DNA of 64,000 nt from Vitrella brassicaformis CCMP3155 (taxonomy: Eukaryota > Protista > Chromerida): positions 1-64,000 of the forward strand of contig CDMY01000435.1 in the NCBI GenBank assembly GCA_001179505.1. Reading direction: 5' to 3'. Under the pieces are notes generated by a model that ran no database searches, was not told the origin of the DNA, and saw only the letters and a list, made by a program, of their open reading frames with translations. The position numbers were made by a program, and so were the translations under genes. Of this stretch, positions 26,301 to 36,859 are shown piece after piece (within the stretch, counting starts at the first letter, position 1; every line of letters starts with the position of its first letter).

Positions 26301-28688
26301 AGACATACCGAGAGATCTACTCAGGGGCCAACCAGCAGACAAAACTGGTGCTAGCAGAGGTACACAGACTCATCAGGATCGGTGTACATGCAATCAGGTC
26401 GCATGTTGCCCCTTGTCGTATTCGTGTGCAGTTCAGTGATGTTGACGGAAGTTTTCAGCGCGCAATTCATTCTGAGGTGTCGGCTATATTGAACCGGCTG
26501 GTCAGCGAGGCTGCTCGGCAGGAGGGCCAGCGTGCTGAGCAGTACCTCGCAAATCTGCGCAACACAGGGGCCGCGCTGCGGAATGCAATCGAAGGAACGG
26601 GGACGTCACAGCCATCCGTCAACCTTGGTAAGAAATGCGAGAAGAAGCCAGGTAAACATGACATAAATCGACGCATAGGTTCGGTGGGCTTTGTGATGAC
26701 ATCAGTGCTGGACAACCTGGAGAAGCGCCTCACGAGCTTGGTCAAGACGGGTCTGCGTGACATGGTGCCCCAGCTGATAGAGCTCATCTACCAAGGCGCC
26801 AGCGCAGGCCCTGCATCGTGGTCGACGGCATTGGACAAAGGCATCGATGACGTTCTGGTCAGCGGGCAGGCAAACGGGTGCAAGGCCAGTGGCCACTGTT
26901 GACTGATTACTGCAGCAATCGGCTGGCGTCACTCTCATGCACGAATTGGGGAAGCTCGATGCGTCGCAACTACTCAAGGACAGGTACGATGATGCCAGCA
27001 TCCATTGGTCACTACTGTCGTTATGGGTTTTGTTCGTGCCTCCGTGCAGCAAGGGCGAAGGCCGGTTGGCGTATGATGTCGAGGAGACGAGCGATGCGAC
27101 TGCCACTTCCGTCAAGACAGTGCTGGCAGCTCTGGAGGCGTCCTTCCGTGAAGACTTCACCAAACAATGCCACGAGCGTCTCATTCCGTGCGTCGTGGCC
27201 TACGTCAATGAACCCACCGCATCGATCCAGAAGAAGCTGAATGTAAGTAAGAAATATACCTTACGAGAGGGCAACCGATCCCCGCTGTGATACTGTGTGC
27301 CCGGGGTTGCAGGAAATCGTGAGAGGCAACGTGGAGATGCTGTGTCGCGAGATGATTGACAAGGCGCGGGAGACGGCGCGGCCTGCGTTGACCTTGCCTG
27401 AGCGGATTTCGTTCGATAGCGATGCGACGGCTCTGGAATGCAGGACCAACCCACAGCAGCGAGCGGACGACATTCGCAGAGGAAGGGGGGATGCGAGCGA
27501 CAATGAAAAAGGGGTACGAAAGCGCGGGCATGCAGGTGACAGAGAAAGGAGGATTCGCGAACTGTGTGTGCGTGTTCAGCTCGTAGGTGAGGCTGACAGG
27601 CTGGAGTCACTGATTTCATTCACTCAGTCGTTGCATAGCACCATGTCGTCAGCGTCGCAGCAGGCTGCACCACCACCAGCACCCTTCTCCTCATCCTCGC
27701 GGGACATCGGCGCACAAATCACACAGCTCATGCAACGTTGCCAATATACCTTGGCGTTCGAGCGGGTTGCCTTGTTCTGTCTGAAGGCTGACGGCAGCCG
27801 GCAGCAAGGTTAGCCCAGTGCAACGAGAACGGACCCCGAGAGAATGCATGTTTGCTCACGTGTATTGTGTTTCAGGTAATGACGATGCGCTCACTGCGCT
27901 GTGTCGCGAGATCGAGAAATGCACCCCTGAATCATTGTGAGATACAAGTGGAGAGAGCATCCAGCGCTTACTGTCTCCTGATTGGTGATTTCTGTTCCAG
28001 CTACGATGAGCTTGCCTCAGCGGCCCCAGCAGATGATCCATTGGATATGCGCAGCCCTGTGTATCACTGTGTGACGGTGCCGCTGATGCTCGCGGGTCAT
28101 CTGCTGGGCCTGGCGCAGAGCATTCTATCGCAGCAAGGCGCCACCAGTGGCACACGTAAGACCGAGGGGATGGCCGCTGCGGAGGCCAGCCAGGCGAGTC
28201 TCATCGAGCTGCTACTCAGATGGATATGGTACGAAATGGCAGCGTTTCCCTTACATGCGTGGATTGCATGCTTTTGCGATTGATTATGCCGCTCTCCGCA
28301 GTGTTGGGGTCCAGCGTATTAATTTGAAGCAGATGCTGACAGGACAGGTCTCTGACAGCCCCGACAAGGCAACCAAGCTCCTTGATAACATCACACAGGT
28401 GGGGAAACGCGCCATTTCAGACACGTCTCATGGCGTTGTACCATCTGCACGTGTCCGTTCAGTGTACGCGCGACATAGTTGTCTTTCTGCGTCGCTTTGA
28501 GGACGCGCTTGGACAGTACCAACAAGCAGACCCGCAATCCAACCAAAGAAGTAAGGCCAGCATTCACTGACATCAGTGACAACTTCGTTTGCCTACTTCT
28601 ATTACTCTTTTACAGTTCTGTCGAGGCTTTCGTCGTGGGCTCAATCTGCCAGGGGTCTCCTCATCAGCTTAGAGGAAGTGACGCCTGA
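23371..28688 (+). CDS. Large WD40-propeller + low-complexity + helical C-terminal protein (EDC4/Ge-1/VARICOSE-like architecture, tentative)
   Basis: VCWHPTDTSLFSTAHPSAIYVWNI and VALVCFAPHG are WD-like. A Pro/Ser linker follows, then helical SFREDFTKQCHERLIP and ITQLMQRCQYTLAFE. Ends uncertain. Confidence 0.5.
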
Positions 28689-29109
28689 GCTTCTCGTATC
28701 ATAGTGTCCACGTGCAGGATCTGTGATGTCGGGGTGTGGACAGACTCATAATGCAACCACGACTGTTCCCGCTCAGGAGCTCTTTCTGCCACTCGTCTGC
28801 GCTATATTATATGCCGTGACGTTCACTCAATCGTTCATTCATTACATTGGAGACCATTAGTCATTCCTTACTCATTCCCGCCCTTTAGGTCAAACTCATT
28901 ACTCATGTCTACATTGCACGAACACACACACATTACCCAGTTCCAAAAACTTCATCGCCTGCTCTCACAGCCTCAGACTCGCTATGCTCGTTTCCTTCAT
29001 TTCTCCCCGTCCCTCTGCTTGGTCTCTCCACACCATCTCTTCCCCCCTGACCGGCAGTCTGTATGTCTGCCACAGCTGGCGCACCACCTCCGTCTTGTTC
29101 GGAACCTCG

Positions 29110-29310
29110 GGAGGGACACCCGTCCCCTTCGCGCGCTCGATGTTCTCAACGAGGGCATTCCGGTAGGCGAGTGCCTCCCAAAAGGTGCGTGCGATGCACG
29201 TGACACTTCTCTACGTAGAGCAATATGTAGATGGACATATGTAGTAGGTCTCTTTCACTGATGGATGACCGAGATTGGATGGACGGGTGGGGAAGGTGTA
29301 GGGCTTACTT
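29110..29310 (+). repeat. Dispersed repeat family A, short copy 2
   Basis: cgtagagcaatatgtagatggacatatgtagtaggtct...actgatggatgac matches the tails at 16.5 kb and 59.7/59.97 kb. Upstream RALDVLNEGIP resembles AALEVIDNGDVP. Confidence 0.75.
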
Positions 29311-29691
29311 CACTTCACACAGAGCAAACAGGAAGCCATGAACGCGAAGTTGCACTTGAGAAGATAGCCACATACACTATTCTGCGGTTCAACCGTCGAA
29401 TGTGGGTTCGATCTGGAACTAGAGTGTCACGACACAATGAATGTAGCCGCGATATATATGAAGCGCTTCTTGCTTTGGTCATCCTGAGACACCAATGCTC
29501 GTGCACGTTCTCTGGAGAAGAGATGACACACTGGATGCCTGGCTGAGCAGCAAGCCAGTCAGCTGTCCATGGAGCTGATGAAGCACAAAACGTTCCGGGG
29601 GCGAGTCGTGCACAACTTGCTGCGGCCGCCAGAGGGCCACGGACGGCCAGCGCGTTTCCCGAGGACTTCGTCAGCCGCGGGCCATATAGGC

Positions 29692-29757
29692 CACACACCA
29701 GCCCGCTCCGGGGCTGTGAGGAGGGGGCACACACCAGCCCGCTCCGGGGCTGTGAGG
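29692..29757. repeat. 30-bp direct repeat with 36-bp period
   Basis: cacacaccagcccgctccggggctgtgagg at 29692-29721 and 29728-29757. Confidence 0.95.
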
Positions 29758-30155
29758 GGGCTGGCTGGATCTGGATGCTGTGTGTGATGTGGTGCATGCC
29801 CTAAGCCTGTTTGCAGTGTTGAGACATTCATTGTATGCAGTCAGAGCGCGCTAGCGTTGTTCACTGGCGTTGACAACGTTGAATACTGATTTATATCCAG
29901 TTTGTATTGCTCCTTTTGCTTGATACGAACTGGTGCCTAGACGAACTTCGTCGCGTGTCCATGTTTTTGCTCAGTGAAACATCATGAATGGTGGAGACAG
30001 CCCCCCAGAATGTCTTTGGTGGTCAAGGAGGACAAACAGATACCACGCGACTGTGATAGTCAGGACCTGGTCTTATGGAACACACATGCATGTACTCACT
30101 TCTCTCTTTGTCTCTCCGTTATGACCACGATCGACATTAATGCAATTTTGCCACT

Positions 30156-33100
30156 CTAGGTCAGCATGCGCTCAATCGCCGACCGCGGGTCAGCATCACG
30201 CAACACAGCCTCAGACAGAATCACCCCGTCGGCACCTGAGAGCAACCAAAAGCAGGCAGACAGATAAGGAGCCATGAATCATGAGCGACATGTTTGCGGA
30301 CCGGCGCTGACGACCGCCCTCAGCTCCTCGGCGGTATCCACCCCTCCTTCAGATAGCACAAAGATCTCTCTGATGAATCAGACAAACACACGGTTGCAGG
30401 AATCGTGGGGGCTGCCGTCGACCCCTGACGCACTCACTTTTCCTTCAGGCGCCTTCTCATTTCGTCTGTGAGCAATCGAGTCGTTCTGAAAGGCAAGCAG
30501 CCCCCGGGGTCCAGCCATGGACTTCTGGTTCGTGTCTTTGCTAAGCACCTGTGTACATCGGGTTGCATATCCCAGAAGTTCAGATTATTAATGGCGACGA
30601 TTTTGCAGCCATCCAGCCGGAGACATCGCTCAAGCTGCTCGCGGGAGCTGACGCTGACGATCGCTTGCACCGATATGCGCTCGCACACTCTGCAAAGACA
30701 CCAGGTGGGCGACATCGTCCCTGTCTGCTTTTGGTGCAGTGCTCATTGCTTACTTCAGGAAGGCTTGCAAGTCACGGTCAGACAAGACAGCAGCAACCAA
30801 CTGCAATAAAATAGAAGGCAGGGAGCGAATGCTAGTGTGTGCAATGCGTTTACTTTGACTGCATCCGCACCAGCGAGCCGCGCACGGACAATCTGAGGAA
30901 CCAACACAACTGACGAAACTCCCTTTCGGTTCGCCCTCCTCCGGTGCTCGTTCGTCCCTTTGCCTACTTGCCAGGCGTATACGAATATGTCACTGGCGAT
31001 GATTGGCACAGTCGATCCTCTTCGTGCCGCACCCAAGTCGTCAAAATTCCCAGCGTAGTACCTAACGCAGTTGAGCATGTGCAGATTCAAGTCCCTTGTT
31101 GCGCATATAAAAGGCTGCCTGCCTGAGTTCTCACTTGTTATCAATGTGAACCGACACTGCGGCCACGCCCCTCCTCTCCCCACCGTCGGCGTATGTGCTT
31201 GCGATGGCCTTTGGGTCGTACTTGGCCTTGAGAATGCCGTGATTAGGAGACGCCTTCATGCACTCCCCCACCAGCGCCACGCCTCTCTCGGCCTTCTGTC
31301 GACATAGCGAGCCGTAGAGATCCCTCGGGCGGTTGGCCGGGCGGAGGTTGTACTCGCCGACTTGGTACATGAGATTTGACATGGGGTATCTGTCCCTCAG
31401 ACGATCCACTTCCATCTCCTTGCTCCAGACCATCTCCTCCAATCTGATGCGGCAGACAAACAGACATGCCAGCTGCTTTCTGCCTGCCACACGTCTGTCC
31501 ACGTGCATCCCACGTTGACGCACCTATGTGAGGGCAGCGGTGCCAGCTCAGGCAGGCTGAATTCGATTGTGCTGATGCTCACAGGACGGGCTACATTCAC
31601 CAGGCGCCGGGGTAGCTGCAACACCACGCAACGCGAGTGGCAGCGCTGTGGAGTGTCCACCCTCTCTGGTACCCACCGTGATATCTGGATCGGGATTGTC
31701 AGGCGAATAGTCGACTTTTGAAGTGAATGGTGACACCATGAAGGAGCCTCCCCGTTGCCTCTTTATCTCTCTCAGTCTCGCACGGGTTGTCTCGTTCATA
31801 GGGGTGGACGCACGCGTCCTGTCGGGGTTCTTCGGACCAATCTCAACAAATAGCGAACAACTCCCGTACTGCATCGAATAGACATGCCAGCCCAATCACG
31901 ACGATTGCCCGTCATACTTTGTGGGTGCCTGTGTGATGACCAGGTAGGTGTTCCCGCCCTTGATCATGGGTCCGATAGCCCCGTCGCCAAAAAAACCCAT
32001 TAAAGGGCCGTCATAGCCCCACTCACGCAGCTTCTCCACCTCATAGTTGCCCTTGCCAAACAGCTTGCGGCCGCGATCTAGACCTTTCAGGACAAACAGG
32101 CCCTCCGGACGAAATGTGGCGTCCTGCCATCCCCAGAAGAGTGACAGACGCCACGTGCCAGCTCATGTTCCGTACGTGTCGACCTCACATGGTGAGTGTA
32201 CCTACTTCATCCAGGTCGTAGGCGAGCCTCTGAAGTGTTTCAGAGAGGTCGACCTGCGCACCGTACATATCTCTCACATAGAAACGCATCGTCTGTCCCT
32301 CCTGTATGGGCTGCTGGATCAGCAGACCGCCTTCACGAAAGCTGGCCTTGGGCAGCTGGTGAGCACACCACACAATCGACCGCGACATCTCATCTCTCGC
32401 GGTATGTGTGTACCTCCTCGACGAGGTATCTGCTCGAAGCGGCTGATGATGCTTGAGACACATCGGAGGGGGACGGTAGCTGCATGGGGACCTGCATATT
32501 ACATGGCCGGTTACTGGTGTCAAGTTCTTGGCAGTCAAGCCGGTTACCTGTTCGACTCCCAGCATGGTTGCCTTCTTGATGAGATTGGCATCGGTGTCGT
32601 CCAACTCATACGTCAGACGCGTATACTCACTCCAGGGACTGAGGCATAACAGACGGAGCACCAAAAACCATATAGGAAACATCTACTCTTCACTTCGTGT
32701 GCTTTCCATGACTCGATCGGCACGGTGTCTGCGGCTCCGACGCCGTCCTCGCTCATTCGTTTTTCAGCGTTCGCCCCCTGTAGAGCGGCGAAGGATTGCG
32801 CAGTCTCGGACAGCTCCTCCAGGTCCACCATCTTCTGTGGTGATGGCGGCTCATCCTTGAAAATCTCCACGATCTTGTGCGGCTCGCACTTGGTAATACG
32901 GAATCGATCACTGACTGGACGGCAACCATGGGCGAGGCGAGTGCGGACCTGACAAACAAGGAGGATATGTGCTTAGGCACCGGTCGTCATGTTTTCCGTG
33001 TGCATACATCTATATCTCCGACGAGCATGAGGCCGATGAGGCCATCCTGTGCGAAGGTGTCGAGCGATATCTCACCAGCAGGAACGTTCTCGGGCCACAA

Positions 33101-34078
33101 TGCTGTCATGTTGAAGTTTGAAGAGGATGACATGGCACTGCAACCATACCGACGCATGGATGAATCAGTGCATGAGGGCGTTGTCCCTGTTACCTCCATG
33201 CAAATATGGCCGGACTGCTGCTGGCGCCAAAGGTGCTTGCCAGGCCACCAACTTTCTTGGACTCCGGGTAGGCCTGATCCAACCCAATGATGACATTGTC
33301 AAGGCCCTGAAGCCGCATGAATCGGGGGGTGCTGTACATGAAGAAGAGGGGCACGTCTGACGGGGGCACACCCAGGTAAGAGATCCAGTCTTCAGCGGGG
33401 TCGAACTTGTCCGGTATCTCAGATGCCAACCTGATACAGCCCACCGAAGCATAAATCATCTCCCTGCACATATGTCCCTCGCCCTTTCAGCGGTTACATC
33501 TGGAAGGGTTTGATGGTGACATCAGGCAGACTGGCCAGCGTGACCGACACAGATGGAACACCCTCTGCCTCCTGTGCTTCCCCTGGTTCCTCCCTCTCCG
33601 CAGATCGTCCGATGTTCCCCCCCGTCGTCGTTCCAATGATCGCCTTGACATCAGGGAGCATGCGCCTCATCTGGGGCACCAGACCGTCCCACTGGAACTT
33701 GCTCGAGTACAGACTGCAAGCATGAACGATGGCAAGATCGGGCGTCACCCCCTGTGGCAGCTGACTCCTTGCTGCCTCCACTGCATCTGCCGTTGCATCT
33801 GTCAGGTTGGCCTTAAGACTGAGGGCCGAAGACCATCTTTGGGGAACCGAGAGGGACTGCGCAGTCGGCACGCTCGCCGGAGGTACAGAGGGCGCAGAGG
33901 AAGGCGATGGACTGACGCAGCTCAGTGAGCGAGACGATGTGACCCGGCACGGTCCACGCAGATGAGCGGATGAGTCGTCATGACGGGGCGCCAGCCTCAG
34001 ATGTGAACCGAGGGGGGAGAACCCGAGGGCAGAACAGATGAAGGCTGAATGCAGGAAAAGAAGAGGTGGGATCTCCAT
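30156..34078 (-). CDS. FIST_N-FIST_C domain protein fused to a degenerate indole-3-glycerol-phosphate synthase (TrpC) fold; bipartite plastid-type leader
   Basis: FIST: PDLAIVHACS, IIGTTTGGNIG, GLDQAYPESKKVGGLAS, AHGCRPV, MRFYVRD, LMGFFGDGAIGP. IGPS fold: LEEMVWSKEMEV, VGECMKASPNHG, PIIASDIFVYAWQ, GADAVK|LVAAVLSD, VAINNLNF, VLSEGGV, GADGVILSEAV...ERMLT*. Confidence 0.8.
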
Positions 34079-34133
34079 GGCGCTCCCTGCTTTGGGGTTT
34101 GACGGCACAGCTGTCCTAAGCTCGAGTGGAGCA

Positions 34134-36128
34134 ATGGAGCCTCTGGACGTGTGCATGGTTGGGACGGGGGAGTACACGACGGGTTACGTGCCTGGTCTTG
34201 AAGCGGCGCCGGATAAACGCGTGGGAGTCGTTGGCCTTGTTTTGTTTGACCTCCGGAGGCGGGGAGTGGTTTCCTCGCTCAGTATGGTGGGTACGAGTGG
34301 AAGGAAGTTCGCCGCGATTCGCGACCACCTCCAGAAAGGAATCGCAGAGCAGTACCGTGACATGGACGTCACATGCGACACGTTCCCGGCTGACGGCATT
34401 GACAGAGATCCGCAGGCCTACAAGGCGGCCATTGACGCGTTAAAGCCAGGTATTTACCCATGGCCACATCGGCGGGAAGGGTCGGGGTCACACATGGGTA
34501 TTACTTGAGTGCAGGGTCAGGCTGCTGCATCTTCACTCCCGATGATACCCACTTCGACATCGCCATGTATGCCGTCGAGCGCAAGTGCCACGTGCTGGGT
34601 AAGCACGCACACGAGGCAGCTGTGTCATGCAGTCCCACAGTTTATTCTTGCAGTAACGAAGCCTGCTGTCATGACGGTGGATGAGCACATCAAGCTGAGG
34701 GATGCGGCGAGAAAGGTGGGATCGACTCGCATGCACCGAGCGGGAGCCTACTGCCCGTCACTTTCGTCTCTCTCTATGTGGTGTGTCCGATCAGTACAGA
34801 GTGTTGGTCCAGATAGAACTTCACAAGAGATGGGACCAAATCTATGCAGACGCGAGAGAACGGATACGCTCATACGGTAGATGTGCCACTGCATACGACT
34901 TCGATAAAGCATGATTGTGCTGGCTCATCAGGCGATTTTACATATTTCAATAGTTACATGAGTCAACCGCAGAGCCAGCTGCAGACGTTCAAGGCATGGG
35001 CAGGAAAGTAGGCAAACGACAACCTACACGAAGCGATTAGAGGCAGAGTTATCGAGCGCGTGCCATACCTGCGCAGGTCATCTGACATCAGCTACTATCT
35101 GAACTCTCACCACATGGACATCCACTGCTGGGCCATGCAGGGCAGAGCCGTGCCGGTCAAAGTGACGGCTTTCGGATCGACGGGAGTGGCGTCGGGAAAA
35201 TACGGTGAGGCGCAGACACCACTTGCCAGATGTCTTTTATTGTTTGATCCTTTGTCTAGGGTGCCCTCCGAATACCGAGGACGTCATCACCGTTCTGTCT
35301 GAGTGGAAGAATATCCCTTCTGGTAAGAAGCTGCGCCGTATGGCATTGTGCTGATCGCAGCTGTTCCTCATGTAGGGAACAAGGGGATTGCAGTGTATAC
35401 TGCTGCGTGGACGGCACCAGACAACGCGGGTAGGTGCACAGACACGGACACGGCAGTGTACGTCTCAAATGCTCCATGCCACGCGCCTTAGAGGTCCACT
35501 CACAGCAGCGCTTTCAGTGTCTCTGCCACAATGGAGAAGTCAGGGTGAGCAGATACACACTAAACAGACAGGGGCAGTGGCTGCGTCGATGGGTGCTGCT
35601 GCAGGCTGACCAAGCTCATCGGGGCTACGAGGTCACAGCTGATCGAAAGTACATGAGCGTCAACCCCATGTACATGAAATACACCAGAGGTCAGCCACTG
35701 CGAAATGTGGTTTGCCTACCAGAGGCTTACCCTGTGCCCATTTCACTTCTCGTCAGACTCTGCTGGCTACTACGCCGGTCAGCGTGGATATGGTTACCTG
35801 TCGATTGAGACATGGGTCAACGCATGCAGGGATCTCAACCATGGAAGTGAGCATGTGCATACACAATGGCAAGATTCACTGCGCCATGTACGGCTTGGCC
35901 GAGCAGAGAAAACGCTCGAAGAATGCCACGCGACCCTGCCAACTCTCGAAACGACACTGGAGGTCAAGAGCAATATCTCTCTGAAACGCGGGATGGCCAC
36001 AATTGTGTGCATGTGCTGCATATCTGTTCGTTCAGCTAACAGCGTTGCTCGAGGCTGGTCGCCGCTCTCTGGACGACAACGGAGCCAGTATCGACGTGCA
36101 GAAACTCATAAAGGGGGAGGAGCGGTAA
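34134..36128 (+). CDS. gaaA: NADPH-dependent D-galacturonate reductase-like oxidoreductase (Gfo/Idh/MocA, GaaA type)
   Basis: LDVCMVGTGEYTTGYV, VGVVGLVLFDLRRRG, IFTPDDTHF, YMSQPQSQLQTFKAWAG, SDISYYLNSHHMD, GQRGYGYLS and ALLEAGRRSLDD match the fungal GaaA family as I recall it. Confidence 0.85.
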
Positions 36129-36859
36129 ACCAGTGGCCTGTGCGTGGCGGAGGGTGGATGGGGATACGATACCTTCTGAAGATGCATAAACTCATAGCGC
36201 AACGGCAGGCAGAGTCTGTCGGTCTCCCTCTTCCTAAATCAAGTACACACAGCCCGACTGGCTCTACGCTGACCTCAAGGTGTTCATTCGGCAATTAGTC
36301 CTCTCTGTGGGGAAGTAGCCTCACGAAACCATCGATAACCGGGACGCACATGCACAACCAAAGGAAGGACACTCATCCACTACAAGACATGGCCATTGAG
36401 AAGACATATTGATTAGTATCCCCACCCAATCAGGGCCATCGAGGCACGCTCAGTGACCCATTCTTCGATCGCGCCATCTTCAATGGCGGCACGTTTGTCG
36501 GCAGCCTGTCGGCTTTCTGAGGAAGGCGGGTCGTCACCTTCTCCATGGACGGGAAAGAGGGACGTTAAGGTGGTGATACGCACCCATGCATGCATAAATG
36601 GGCGGGTCACTGGGGTGGGTGTGGTTGGTCGTTCGCTGTCACGTTGTGCGAATTATTGTGCGATGTGTGAGGTATTTGATATTTGCGGCTGTCCCTTTGC
36701 CTGTTTGATACTAGCTGATGCTTAGACGAGCTTCGTCGCCCTTCATGTAGTCAAAATCTCCTACAGTTGGTAGGTACAGATAACTAATTGACTCTACCAT
36801 AGAACAGAAGAAAGACACACAGAGACGACAACGATAGCGCGCGGGGACGGCAGTGCGAT

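Noticed and set aside
29692-29757. CRISPR-like repeat-spacer array
   Set aside because: Only two units with a 6-bp spacer, no cas genes, eukaryotic context. The same applies to 44180-44227.
30156-31430. Functional trpC (IGP synthase) gene
   Set aside because: The fold motifs are present, but the K53, K110, E159 and R182 equivalents are substituted, so no trpC symbol was assigned.
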